The notes under the pieces were generated by a model, which did not search any database, was not told the DNA's origin, and saw only the letters and a program-made list of their open reading frames with translations. This document shows, piece by piece, positions 32,363 to 41,882 of a DNA stretch of 64,000 nucleotides. A program made the translations under genes and the position numbers. This DNA is from a bacterium (GTDB lineage: Bacteria > Actinomycetota > Acidimicrobiia > Acidimicrobiales > CATQHL01). Within the stretch, counting starts at the first letter, position 1. Every line of letters starts with the position of its first letter. Location of the stretch: NCBI GenBank assembly GCA_028824415.1, contig JAPPDX010000134.1:13175-77174 (forward strand), read 5' to 3'.

Positions 32363-33661
32363 CTAGAAGAACGTGCGCACCGCTCTGACGATGTTGTGGT
32401 CGTCGTCGGCGACCGGCAGGGCGCGCCAGCGGTCGAACGAGGTGCAGGGATGGCTGATGCCGCACCCCACCTGGTCGCCGACTCGGAGGTCGAAGCCAGG
32501 CGCGATACGCACGAAGGCGTGCTGGTCGTTGAGCTCGAAGATCTTGAGTTGGCCGTCCACGTCGTGCATCTTGCCGTCGCGGCGGATCACCTCGGGCATT
32601 GGCAGGTCCACGTCGTAGGAGCCGTCGCGCTTGCCGAAGCCCAGCAGGGCCAGATCTGGCTCGGGTCGGGAGACGACGTAGGACCACAGCGTCAGTGCGG
32701 GACGCAGCGCCGGGTAGCTGTCCATCGGAGCCCGCACCCCGAACGGCCCCGAGTCGGTGTACATCTTCGAGTCGTGCGTGGCGTAGCCACCGGGGCGGAT
32801 GATCGGCCGCACGGGTCGGCCGATGTCCCAGTCGCTTCCCAGGATGGCCACCACCCGGTCGGGGAACATGCTGCCGCCGGCGGTGACGATCACCTCGTCG
32901 AGGTGGTCGAAGTGGCCGGCCGCAGCGAGCCGCTCGGTGAGCTCGCGCATGCGGTGGAGGAACTCGTCGACCTCGCTGAAGTCGTCGCCATGGAAGTGCA
33001 GGATGCCCTCGTAGCCCTCCACGCCGACGAGGCGGAGGCGGTCCGACGCAGCGATGCGCTCGGCCACCCGCACCGCTCCCTCGATGGTCCGGCAGCCGGT
33101 CCGGCCCGCCATCATGCCGAGTTCCACCAGCCCGTCGACGGGCCGTCCGGCGGGCCGTCCGGCCAGTGCCGCCTCCATCAAATCCACGCATTCGACCGAG
33201 TCGATGAGACAGGACAAATCCACCTCGGGATGGGCGTCGAGCTCGTCGGCCATCCAGGTGACCGCCGCGGGGTCCACGACCTGGTGGGCAATGAGGATCC
33301 GGGGAATGTCGAAGGCCCGGAAGATGCGGGCCTGGCTGCCGGTGGAGGCGGTGATGGCCCACGCCCCCGCCTCCAGTTGGAGGTGCGACAACTCGGGTGA
33401 CATGGTCGTCTTGCCGTGCGGCGCCAGCGAGACGCCGCTGTCTGCGCAGAAGCGGGCGACGACCTCGATGTTGTGCATCAGGTCGCTGTGGGAGATGACC
33501 ATCACCGGGAACATGAAGTCGTCGGCGAACAGGTTCAGCCCGGCCTCGGCGATCGAGTCGAGGTCGGCGCCCGGCGCCAGGGGCCAGCCCTTGTACTGCC
33601 AGCCGAGATCGGCGTTGGCAACGTCGTAGTGCCGGGTCCAGCCCGCTGTGTGGTTCGTCAT
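32363..33661 (-). CDS. PLP-dependent amino acid deaminase, D-serine dehydratase (DSD1)/alanine racemase fold
   Basis: LAPHGKTTM PLP lysine, GRTGCR, GVEGYEG, TAGGS, RPGGY, LNDQH, GISHPCT. Confidence 0.85.
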   Translation of the reverse strand: MTNHTAGWTRHYDVANADLGWQYKGWPLAPGADLDSIAEAGLNLFADDFMFPVMVISHSDLMHNIEVVARFCADSGVSLAPHGKTTMSPELSHLQLEAGAWAITASTGSQARIFRAFDIPRILIAHQVVDPAAVTWMADELDAHPEVDLSCLIDSVECVDLMEAALAGRPAGRPVDGLVELGMMAGRTGCRTIEGAVRVAERIAASDRLRLVGVEGYEGILHFHGDDFSEVDEFLHRMRELTERLAAAGHFDHLDEVIVTAGGSMFPDRVVAILGSDWDIGRPVRPIIRPGGYATHDSKMYTDSGPFGVRAPMDSYPALRPALTLWSYVVSRPEPDLALLGFGKRDGSYDVDLPMPEVIRRDGKMHDVDGQLKIFELNDQHAFVRIAPGFDLRVGDQVGCGISHPCTSFDRWRALPVADDDHNIVRAVRTFF

Positions 33662-33664
33662 TGT

Positions 33665-34084
33665 TCAGGCCTCCGGTGCGTAGGCCACGCACTCGATCTC
33701 GACGAGGATGTTTCCGTAGATCTTCGCTCCGACGGTCGTGCGGGTGGGTGGCTCGGTCGGGAAGTACTCCAAGTAGACCTCGTTGTAGGCCGCGAAGTGA
33801 CGGTCGACGTCGCGCAGGAACGTGTTGACCTTGACCACGTCGGACAGCTGTGCCCCGGCGGCCTCGAGGGCCGTCTTGATGTTCTCCAGCGTCTGGCGGG
33901 TCTCGGCCTCGATGCCGCCCTCAACCAGGGCGCCAGGTTGCCAGCTGCCGTCCCCGGCGGTCGCCGAACTGCGCGGCAACAGCCCGGCATTGCCCGACAC
34001 GAAGACGAAATCCCCCGCCCTGATCACCGGCGACAGGAACGGGTGTCCCGGCGGCCCGTCCGGGACCTCGTAGACGCGCTTCAT
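33665..34084 (-). CDS. RidA/YjgF family imine deaminase
   Basis: SPVIRAGDFVFVSG, VVKVNTFL, PTRTTV, VEIECVA. Confidence 0.9.
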   Translation of the reverse strand: MKRVYEVPDGPPGHPFLSPVIRAGDFVFVSGNAGLLPRSSATAGDGSWQPGALVEGGIEAETRQTLENIKTALEAAGAQLSDVVKVNTFLRDVDRHFAAYNEVYLEYFPTEPPTRTTVGAKIYGNILVEIECVAYAPEA

Positions 34085-34176
34085 GGGCCCTCCCGAGGGT
34101 GCTCGCGGTCGGTTCGGAGACTGTAGACGCGGCGTTCCCGTCCCGCCGATACCCACGTTGGAGTACTTTCGACGCC

Positions 34177-34848
34177 ATGGCGATACCTCGGGCGGAGCTC
34201 TGTGAGCGCTTCCGGCGCATACCCATGACGGCGGTCTGTGACGCCATCTACCGGGCGGGCCGCGTCGAGCGCGTCCTGCCGTCGTACCTCCGGCCGCTGT
34301 TCCCCACCCAGCGAGTCGTCGGCATTGCCCGAACGGTCCTCGGCGTCGGGTTCGACGAGCAGTTGCCGTGGGAGGAGGGCGTCGAGCGGATCCAGTCGTA
34401 CTTGCGGATGTTCGACGGCATCCAGCCCGACGACGTGTTGGTGTCGGTCAACGGTGACAGCCCTGTCGGCCACTTCGGCGAACTCACCGGCAACGCCGCG
34501 CAGGTGCACGGCTGCGTGGGCGTGATCCTCGACGGCAACCTGCGCGACACCGACGGGCTGCGGGACATCGGGCTGCAGGTCTTCTACCGCGACATGTCGC
34601 CCTTGAATGCCATCGGCCGCTGGGAGATGGCGGCCACCCAGGTGCCCGTGACCATCGGCGACGTGGAGATCAACCCCGGTGACGTGATCCACGCCGACTT
34701 CGACGGGATTCTGGTGATCCCGGGTGCGGAGGCTGAGCAGGTGCTGCAGGACTCCGAGACCGTGATGGCCGGCGAGGATCTCGTGCGCGAGGACATGCGT
34801 CGCGGGCTCTCCCCGGCGGAGGGGCTCGAGAAGCACGGCTACATCTGA
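34177..34848 (+). CDS. RraA / HMG aldolase family protein
   Basis: TAVCDA, GELTG, LDGNLRD, PGDVIHADFDGILVIP. Confidence 0.88.
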   Translation: MAIPRAELCERFRRIPMTAVCDAIYRAGRVERVLPSYLRPLFPTQRVVGIARTVLGVGFDEQLPWEEGVERIQSYLRMFDGIQPDDVLVSVNGDSPVGHFGELTGNAAQVHGCVGVILDGNLRDTDGLRDIGLQVFYRDMSPLNAIGRWEMAATQVPVTIGDVEINPGDVIHADFDGILVIPGAEAEQVLQDSETVMAGEDLVREDMRRGLSPAEGLEKHGYI

Positions 34849-34890
34849 TGGCCACCGGGGCGGGTTACCAGGGTTTCGGGCTACTGCCCC

Positions 34891-34940
34891 GTCGTTCCGG
34901 CGAAGAGCCTGCGCCAGACTCGATCTGGGGCCGGAACCCA
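34891..34940 (+). repeat. REP-like palindrome, long form
   Basis: GTCGTTCCGGCGAAG-AGCCTGCGCCAGACTCGATCTGGG-GCCGGAACCCA: short-form arms with an inner hairpin. Confidence 0.75.
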
Positions 34941-34971
34941 GGCATCGGCAACGAACCGGGCGGTTGAGGAC

Positions 34972-35220
34972 ATGAGCGGGCGCACGCCGATTCTCGTACC
35001 ACACTCCGGCGTGGTGGAGAGTGTGATCCTCGTGGAATGGCTGCACGAGTCCGGTGCGCGCGTCGAGGAGGGCGAGGAGGTGGTGATCGTCGAGTCCGAG
35101 AAGGCCGAGACGGCCATCGAGGCGCCGGCCGGCGGCACCCTTGAGATCCTCATCCGCGCCGATCCGAACGACGACGTCGAGGTCGACGTCGGCACGATCA
35201 TCGGCCACATCGTGGCGTGA
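34972..35220 (+). CDS. Stand-alone lipoyl/biotinyl carrier domain
   Basis: 82 aa; EW...GARVEEGEEVVIVESEKAETAIEAPAGGTL, lipoyl-lysine turn ESEKA. Confidence 0.88.
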   Translation: MSGRTPILVPHSGVVESVILVEWLHESGARVEEGEEVVIVESEKAETAIEAPAGGTLEILIRADPNDDVEVDVGTIIGHIVA

Positions 35221-35978
35221 CTGCCCTGGCGCGCTTCTCGCTGGACGGGCGGGTCACCCTCGTAACCGGCGCCGCCAGCGGGCTCGGCCGGGCCATCGCC
35301 GTGGGATTCGCCGAGGCGGGCGCCCAGGTGCGCTGCGTCGACCGCGACGCTGCCGGCAACGAGGAGGCGGCGCTGTCGATCGGCAAGGCTGCGGATGCCG
35401 TCACGGCGGACATGACCGACGCCGCTGCGGTCACTGCGGCCGTCGACGGTTTGGTCGCCGATGCGGGCCGTGTGGACGTGCTCGTGAACAGCGCCGGCGT
35501 CGGGGGACGGTCTCCCGCCGTGGACTACCCCGAGGAGCTCTGGGACTCGGTGATGGAGATCAACCTACGAGGCACCTATCTGGCCTGCCGGGCGGCGGGC
35601 CGGCACATGGTGGCCGCCGGCTCCGGCTCGATCATCAACATCGCCTCGGTCGGCGGCCTGGCCGGCTTCCCCGGCAGCCTCGGCTACCAGGCCTCCAAGG
35701 GCGGTGTTGTGGCCCTCACCCGCACTCTCGCCATCGAATGGGCACCGCACGGGGTGCGGGTCAACGCCATCGCCCCCTCGCAGTTCGAGTCCGCCATCGT
35801 GCTGGCGCAGTGGGAGAAGGAACCGGAGATGCGCGCCGACTGGGAGTCCCGCACGCCGCTCGGGCGCATCGGGCAACCCGACGAGATCGTCGGACCGGCC
35901 GTCTTCCTGGCCTCCGACGCCGCCGCCATGGTGACCGGGCACATCCTGGCTGTCGACGGCGGCTACCTGGCGCAGTGA
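35217..35978 (+). CDS. SDR family oxidoreductase
   Basis: VTGAASGLG, NSAG, YQASK, VNAIAP, GHILAVDGG. Confidence 0.93.
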   Translation: MTALARFSLDGRVTLVTGAASGLGRAIAVGFAEAGAQVRCVDRDAAGNEEAALSIGKAADAVTADMTDAAAVTAAVDGLVADAGRVDVLVNSAGVGGRSPAVDYPEELWDSVMEINLRGTYLACRAAGRHMVAAGSGSIINIASVGGLAGFPGSLGYQASKGGVVALTRTLAIEWAPHGVRVNAIAPSQFESAIVLAQWEKEPEMRADWESRTPLGRIGQPDEIVGPAVFLASDAAAMVTGHILAVDGGYLAQ

Positions 35979-36030
35979 GAGAGCCGGCCGTCCGCGCTCG
36001 GCGGGCCGCTGCGGTCCGGGCGGCCGCACC

Positions 36031-37041
36031 GTGAGACCGCCGACCGGTCCTGCGACGCTCGCCGGCTTCAGCCCGGAGGTCGCCCTGCCGATCCACGCCA
36101 CGATGGTGCGCATCCGCGTCTTCGAGACGAGGGTGACGGAGCTGTTCGCGGCCGGGAGGCTGCCCGGCTTCGTGCACACCTACCTGGGCCAGGAGGCCAT
36201 CGCCGCGGCCACCTGCCGGCACCTCCGCGACGACGACTACATCACCTCCACCCACCGCGGCCACGGCCACGCCATCGCCAAGGGGATGCCGACCAACCGG
36301 CTGATGGCCGAACTGTTCGGCAGGGAGACCGGCGCCAATCGCGGCCGGGGCGGTTCGATGCACGTGGCGGATTTCTCGCTCGGCATGCTCGGCGCCAACG
36401 GAATCGTCGGCGGCGGCTTCGGCATCGCCGCCGGGGCCGGGCTGTCGGCCCGGCGGCGGGGCTCTGGGCAGGTGGCGGTGTGCTTCTTCGGCGACGGCGG
36501 CATCAACAAGGGCACCTTCCACGAGGCGCTCAACTTCGCCTCGGTGCAGTCGCTTCCCGTGGTGTTCGTGTGCGAGAACAACCAGTACGCCCAGTTCACC
36601 GCCATCAGCCGAACCTCCGCGGTGGGGGATCTGGCAATCCGGGCCACCGGTTACGCCATGCCGGGGACGACCGTCGACGGCAACGACGCCGGTGCCGTCT
36701 ACGCCGCGGTGGGCGCAGCCGTCGGGGCGGCTCGCGATGGCGACGGACCGGCGCTGCTGAACTGCGTGACCTACCGCCACAGCGGCCACTACGTCGGCGA
36801 CGCCGAGGTCTACCGCGATGCCACCGAGGTGGAGCAGTGGCAGGCGGCCGACCCGATCGGTCGGCTGGAGGAAGCGCTCGTTGGGGCCGGGTGGGTGGAT
36901 GAGCCGGATGTCGGCGCGGTCTGGGAGGCCGCCCGGACCGAGACCGCGGCAGCGGAGGAGTTCGCCGCCTCTTCCTCCGATCCCGACCCTGCCACGGCCC
37001 TGGACTACGTGTACACCCACGCCGATGGGGTGGACCCGTGA
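36031..37041 (+). CDS. TPP-dependent dehydrogenase E1 alpha (AcoA/PdhA-like)
   Basis: GFVHTYLGQEA, STHRGHGH, GGSMH, GDG...N, TYRHSGH. Confidence 0.93.
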   Translation: MRPPTGPATLAGFSPEVALPIHATMVRIRVFETRVTELFAAGRLPGFVHTYLGQEAIAAATCRHLRDDDYITSTHRGHGHAIAKGMPTNRLMAELFGRETGANRGRGGSMHVADFSLGMLGANGIVGGGFGIAAGAGLSARRRGSGQVAVCFFGDGGINKGTFHEALNFASVQSLPVVFVCENNQYAQFTAISRTSAVGDLAIRATGYAMPGTTVDGNDAGAVYAAVGAAVGAARDGDGPALLNCVTYRHSGHYVGDAEVYRDATEVEQWQAADPIGRLEEALVGAGWVDEPDVGAVWEAARTETAAAEEFAASSSDPDPATALDYVYTHADGVDP

Positions 37042-38015
37042 AGCGCATGTCGTTCGGCCAGGCGACCGTGGACGCCACCCGCCTCGCCATGCGGGAGGAC
37101 GAGCGGGTGATCGTGCTGGGGGAGGACATCAGCTGGGGCGGCAACTTCGGGCAGTTCCGGGGCCTGCTGGAGGAGTTCGGCCCCGACCGCATCATCGACA
37201 TGCCCATCTCGGAGGCACTCATCATGTCGGCCTCCGTCGGGGCAGCCATGACCGGCCTGCGGCCGGTGGCGTCGATGAGCTTCCTGGAATTCACCATGGG
37301 AGCCATGGACGAGATCGTCAACCAGGCCGCCAAGATGCGCTACATGTCCGGAGGCCAGGTGAGCGTGCCGCTGGTGCTGCGGGCCTCCGACGGCATCCTG
37401 CGTTCCTCAGCCGCCCAGCACTCCGGCAGCCTCGAGTCGCTCTTCACCCACATTGCCGGCCTGAAGGTGGTGGCGCCGTCCAACCCGGCCGACGCCAAGG
37501 GCCTGCTGCGCTCGGCCATGGACGACGACGACCCGGTCATCTACCTCGAGAACAAGTCCATCACCGCCAAACGCGGTCCTGTGCCCGAGGACGACCACCG
37601 GGTGCCTCTGGGCTCGGCTTCGGTGGTCCTGGAAGGAACCGATGTGACCCTGATCACCTACTCGGCCATGGCGCTGCGAGGTGCCGACGCCGCGGCCACC
37701 CTCGCCGACGACCATGACGTCTCCGCCGAACTGATCGACCTGCGCAGTCTGTGGCCTCTGGACTTCGAGACGGTGGCCTCGTCGGTGTCCAAGACCGGAC
37801 GGGTGGTCATAGCCCACGAGGCATGGCTAAACGGCGGATTAGGCGCCGAACTCTCCGCCCGCATCGGCGAGGAACTGTTCGCCGACCTGAAGGCCCCGGT
37901 GGTCCGTATCGGCGCCGCGCGGGCCCCGATCCCCTTCAGCCCCCCGCTTGAGAGCGCCGTTGTCCCCGGAACCGACGCCATCGTCGACGCCGTCCTACGG
38001 GTGCTGCCCTCATGA
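37038..38015 (+). CDS. TPP-dependent dehydrogenase E1 beta (AcoB/PdhB-like)
   Basis: LGEDI, DMPISE, AAQHS, DAKGLL, IDLRSLWPLD, VSKTGR. Confidence 0.93.
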   Translation: MKRMSFGQATVDATRLAMREDERVIVLGEDISWGGNFGQFRGLLEEFGPDRIIDMPISEALIMSASVGAAMTGLRPVASMSFLEFTMGAMDEIVNQAAKMRYMSGGQVSVPLVLRASDGILRSSAAQHSGSLESLFTHIAGLKVVAPSNPADAKGLLRSAMDDDDPVIYLENKSITAKRGPVPEDDHRVPLGSASVVLEGTDVTLITYSAMALRGADAAATLADDHDVSAELIDLRSLWPLDFETVASSVSKTGRVVIAHEAWLNGGLGAELSARIGEELFADLKAPVVRIGAARAPIPFSPPLESAVVPGTDAIVDAVLRVLPS

Positions 38016-38086
38016 ACGGCCTCGACGGGAGGCACCATCCGACCCAGAGTGGGTCACCCGAACGATTCAGCAGGTCAGCGGGCCGC

Positions 38087-39517
38087 TCAGTCGAACGATA
38101 GCCCTTCCCCGACTGCGTGGCGCGGCCACGGCGCGGCCTCCTCGAACGCCGCCGCTGCGCGCATGACGAGGGCGTCCTGCCGCCAACCGCCCACGATCTG
38201 CAGACCCACCGGCAGGCCGCCGGACATCCCGCACGGCACGCTCGCCGCCGGCAGCCCGGTGATGTTGAACGGGTACGTGAACGGGGTCCAACTGAGGTAC
38301 TCCGTTGGCCTCCCGGCCACCTGGCCCGGCTGGTCGGCGCCGGCCGCGAAGGCGGTGAGCGGGAGCGTCGGCGTCAAGAGCAGGTCGTAGCCGGCCATGA
38401 ACTGCCGGACCGTCTCGGCGAACGTGGACTTGGCCGCATGGGCAGCAGCCAATTCGGGACCCGTGATCCGCATGGCGCTCTCGATGATCTCAAGGCGGCC
38501 CGGGTCGATGAGATGGCGCACCTGCTCGAGATCCTGGAGATGACGAGCGGCGTTTCCGGCCGACCAGATCGCGTCCAGGAACGGGTACGGGTCGTCCCAG
38601 CCGGGCACAACCTCGCTGATGTGGCAGCCGAGGGACTCGAAGGTGACGGCCGCCGCAGCGGTCAACTCCCGGACCTCGGGTTCGACGGCCGCATATCCCA
38701 GGTCGGGGCTCCAGGCCACGCGCAGTTCCCCGATCGGCCCGGTCACTGCCGAGGCGTAGTCGGAGCCGGTGTCGGGAAGCGAGAACCTGTCCCTCGGATC
38801 GGGACCGGCCACCACGTCAAGCATGTCCGCCGCGTCGGCGACGGTGGTGGCCAACACTCCCACGTGCGACATTGACTCGATGGGGCTGATCGGATAGGCG
38901 GGGATGACGCCGGCTGACGGCTTGATACCGAAGACCCCGCAGAAAGCCGCGGGAATCCGAACCGAGCCGGCACCGTCGGTGCCGATGGCCACCGGGCCGA
39001 GTCCGGCAGCCACCGCCGCAGCCGCGCCCCCACTGGACCCTCCCGCTGTCCGGTCGAGCTGCCATGGATTCCTGGCCGGCCCAACGACTCTGTTGCCGGA
39101 TTCACCCTTCCATCCGAACTCGCTGGTTGTGGTCTTGCCCAGAAGGGGAGCCTGGGCGGCGCGGAGCCGCTCGGAGGAGGGCGAGTCGAACTCGGGAACC
39201 CAATCCGCCAGCAAGAGCGACCCCATCGTCGTGCGCACGCCCTGTGTCGCGACCATGTCCTTGATCGAGATCGGCACCCCGCAGAGCGCACCGCCGGGAT
39301 CCCCCGCGCCACCGCCGCCGCGAAGCATCCGCTCGGCGGCCGCGGCCGCCCGCCGTGCCTCGTCGCCGGTCACCGTCACGAAAGCCGTGAGATCGCCGTT
39401 CAGCCGCTCGATCCTGCCCAGGACGGTCTCAACCACGACGGCGGGCGTCAGTTCCCCGGACTCGTAGCCCGAGCGGAGTTGCCGGGCGGTCATCTGCGCA
39501 AGGCGCTCGTCAGGCAT
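38087..39517 (-). CDS. Amidase (amidase signature family)
   Basis: ISIKD, GKTTTSEF, GGSSGGAAA, GTDGAGSVRIP, PVGLQ. Confidence 0.93.
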   Translation of the reverse strand: MPDERLAQMTARQLRSGYESGELTPAVVVETVLGRIERLNGDLTAFVTVTGDEARRAAAAAERMLRGGGGAGDPGGALCGVPISIKDMVATQGVRTTMGSLLLADWVPEFDSPSSERLRAAQAPLLGKTTTSEFGWKGESGNRVVGPARNPWQLDRTAGGSSGGAAAAVAAGLGPVAIGTDGAGSVRIPAAFCGVFGIKPSAGVIPAYPISPIESMSHVGVLATTVADAADMLDVVAGPDPRDRFSLPDTGSDYASAVTGPIGELRVAWSPDLGYAAVEPEVRELTAAAAVTFESLGCHISEVVPGWDDPYPFLDAIWSAGNAARHLQDLEQVRHLIDPGRLEIIESAMRITGPELAAAHAAKSTFAETVRQFMAGYDLLLTPTLPLTAFAAGADQPGQVAGRPTEYLSWTPFTYPFNITGLPAASVPCGMSGGLPVGLQIVGGWRQDALVMRAAAAFEEAAPWPRHAVGEGLSFD

Positions 39518-39711
39518 GACACGCCGTCTACCATCGAGACCGGGCAAGGGCAACTGCGAAGCGGGCGCGGCGCCAAAGCCCGATCCCTGCGGTCGGGCGC
39601 TCCGGAGCGACGAGGCCCTCGACGGCTACCGCTGGGGCACAAAGACCAAGCCGCCGTGCTGGCCGCCGACGCCGAGAACACCACGGGCGCCCCAACGCGA
39701 GCATCCCCAGG

Positions 39712-40239
39712 TCAGAGGCGCTCGTAGGTCCAGCCGACCGCCCGGTCGCCGGAGTAGGGCATGATCCCGTGGAACGGGCGAGGGTCGTCGTCGAAGACGA
39801 GTGGCAGGAAGTGGCGGTCGCCGTCCCACAGCATCAGGCCGGCGGCCCGCCGGACAGCGGGGTCGGAGTCGCAGGCGGCGAGCAGGCGCGTGCGGGGCAC
39901 CCAGATCAGGCCGCCCTCGTCGTTTTGTGGCGGGGGTTCGCCGCGCCAGGCGTCGGCCACGAACACGAACCCCAACCAGTCCTCGGCGCGGGGACCGAAG
40001 TCGGTCCAGGAGATCGTGCCGCGCAGCCGCAGCGAGGTGACCTCCAGGCCGGCCTCCTCGCGCAGCTCGCGCCGTATGCACTCGACGACGTGTTCGCCCG
40101 GCTCGAGCTTGCCGCCGAGACCGTTGACCTTGCCGAAGTGGTCATCGTCGGGACGTGCGTCCCGCTGCACCATCAGCACCTGGTCGCCGTCCCGGTCCCA
40201 CAGGTAGGCGAGCGTGCCGACGATCGGCGTGAGGGTCAC
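39712..40239 (-). CDS. Nudix hydrolase (8-oxo-dGTP diphosphatase-like)
   Basis: NGLGGKLEPGE...RRELREEAGL Nudix box. Confidence 0.88.
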   Translation of the reverse strand: MTLTPIVGTLAYLWDRDGDQVLMVQRDARPDDDHFGKVNGLGGKLEPGEHVVECIRRELREEAGLEVTSLRLRGTISWTDFGPRAEDWLGFVFVADAWRGEPPPQNDEGGLIWVPRTRLLAACDSDPAVRRAAGLMLWDGDRHFLPLVFDDDPRPFHGIMPYSGDRAVGWTYERL

Positions 40240-40278
40240 GGCGTCACGGTAGTCCCGGCACGCCGATCCGCAGCCAGG

Positions 40279-40304
40279 TGGATTCCGGCCTCCGCCGGAA
40301 TGAC
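40279..40304 (-). repeat. REP-like palindrome, short form
   Basis: Minus strand GTCATTCCGGCGGAGGCCGGAATCCA, intergenic. Confidence 0.8.
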
Positions 40305-40345
40305 GGGTCGGGGGATCTGCAGTCTCGCCCGGCGGTCCGTGGACG

Positions 40346-40837
40346 CTAGCCGGCACCCTCGGCTGCGGCCCGGTCCAGCACCTCTCGGGTCGGAACCCGC
40401 CAACTCACGTAGGCCACGCCGACCGCCCCGGCGGCCAGGACGATGACCCGCGGGGTCCAGCTCTGGATGGCCAGACCCGTGCTGATGCCCACGGCGATCA
40501 CGATCATGGTCACAGCCATGATCTTGGCCCGGCGTCGCATGCCGAGGCCGGCCCGGTAGTCGCCCACCATCCGTCCCACAACGGGGAGGCCCAGCAGCCA
40601 GCGTTCCAGCCGGGCGCTGGACCGGGAGAAGGCTCCAGCCGCCAGGATGAAGAAGATCGTGGAGGGCAGTCCCGGGACCACGATGCCGACCGCCCCGATG
40701 CCGACGAGCAGCAACCCCACGGCGATCCAGATGCCACGAACCAACCGGCTGCGCACAACGCCGGGGCGATCCGCCGCAGCGGGATCGCCCGGTGCCCCCG
40801 CGACGGACCCGCCCGCCTGCTCGGCCCGCTGCGACAT
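40346..40837 (-). CDS. YbaN (DUF454) family membrane protein
   Basis: GAVGIVVPGLPSTIFFILAAGAFSRSSARLERWLL. Confidence 0.85.
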   Translation of the reverse strand: MSQRAEQAGGSVAGAPGDPAAADRPGVVRSRLVRGIWIAVGLLLVGIGAVGIVVPGLPSTIFFILAAGAFSRSSARLERWLLGLPVVGRMVGDYRAGLGMRRRAKIMAVTMIVIAVGISTGLAIQSWTPRVIVLAAGAVGVAYVSWRVPTREVLDRAAAEGAG

Positions 40838-40854
40838 GCCCGGCCCGTCCAGAT

Positions 40855-41184
40855 TCAGCCGGCCAGCTCGGAAATGTCGCCGGCGGCAAGGAAGCACATC
40901 AACCCGATCACCGCCACGTTGACAGCGCTCAGCGCCCATTTCAGCCGGTGGTTCACGCGCCAGAACCGCCGGATGCTCACCACGTTGAACACCACCGCCA
41001 CCGCGCCGATGGCCACTCCCACCGCCGGCCCCACCACGTCGGCCACACCGATCAGCGGGAACACATACGGGAAGACGACGTAGGCCAGAAGGCAGCGGGT
41101 GCCGGAGACGACCATGGACTGGCTGAAGCGGCGTTCAGCAGCCTGGCGCGAAGCCGCCCGGGTGGATGCGGTACCTGACGTCAT
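40855..41184 (-). CDS. Hypothetical membrane protein (about 3 TM)
   Basis: SMVVSGTRCLLAYVVFP..., hydrophobic segments, GC3-biased codons. Confidence 0.65.
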   Translation of the reverse strand: MTSGTASTRAASRQAAERRFSQSMVVSGTRCLLAYVVFPYVFPLIGVADVVGPAVGVAIGAVAVVFNVVSIRRFWRVNHRLKWALSAVNVAVIGLMCFLAAGDISELAG

Positions 41185-41269
41185 GGCAGAATCCGACCCA
41201 GCCTAGGCGTCGCCCCCAACCTTCGGAGGCTCGCCGCGCCGGCGCTGAGCAGCGAATTCGTATCGCGAT

Positions 41270-41290
41270 TCATCCACAGACTGTGGATAA
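41270..41290. promoter_or_regulatory. Inverted pair of DnaA-box-like 9-mers
   Basis: TCATCCACA (1 mismatch) + gac + TGTGGATAA (perfect reverse TTATCCACA). Confidence 0.45.
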
Positions 41291-41882
41291 CTTCGGCCAT
41301 CGGGCACGGAACCGCATGGGTGCGCGGGAAGCGTTCCGGGTTGGACCAGCTTGCCAATAGACCGGTTGAACGACCCCGGAAGCGCCGGGCAAGAGACGAG
41401 CGTTCAGCGCCGGAAGGCCCCCTCCTGGCACTTTGCCGGGGATTCGACATCGTGAGCCGGATCGAGCTCGACGAGCACCGCCGCCTCCACTGCCCGCGGG
41501 ATACCGCAGCGGCACCAAGCGAGTTTCACCACCGGCGCCGACGATCTCGAGGCTCTCTGTGGTAGAGGCAGTGCATCGGTTGACTTGGACGCGTCCGTAC
41601 ACATGATCCCGGCAGGTGAGGCCCCCTGCCACCTCCCACCGCCGAGCCTGACCTGGGAAGCGAGAATCGTGCCCACGAGCAGCGCCTGCGGGGCAGGCGA
41701 CTGTGAGCGCCTGGATGTGAGCGTTGAAGGCCCCAGCCAGCAAGCCCTGCCGCCCATGGAGCCGGCAGGCGTCGTCCACCCACTCGCCGATGGAAATCAA
41801 GCGGGGCGCGTCGGGCCGCGACAACTCGCCGAGGGCGGCCCGGAACTGGTTGTCACCCACTCAATTCGGCCAGGAAGGTCTA

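Noticed and set aside
35217-35978. SDRs (also 63038-63844) as mycofactocin-dependent enzymes
   Set aside because: Ordinary TGAASG motifs without the GAARGQG motif and post-Asp insertion typical of that subfamily.
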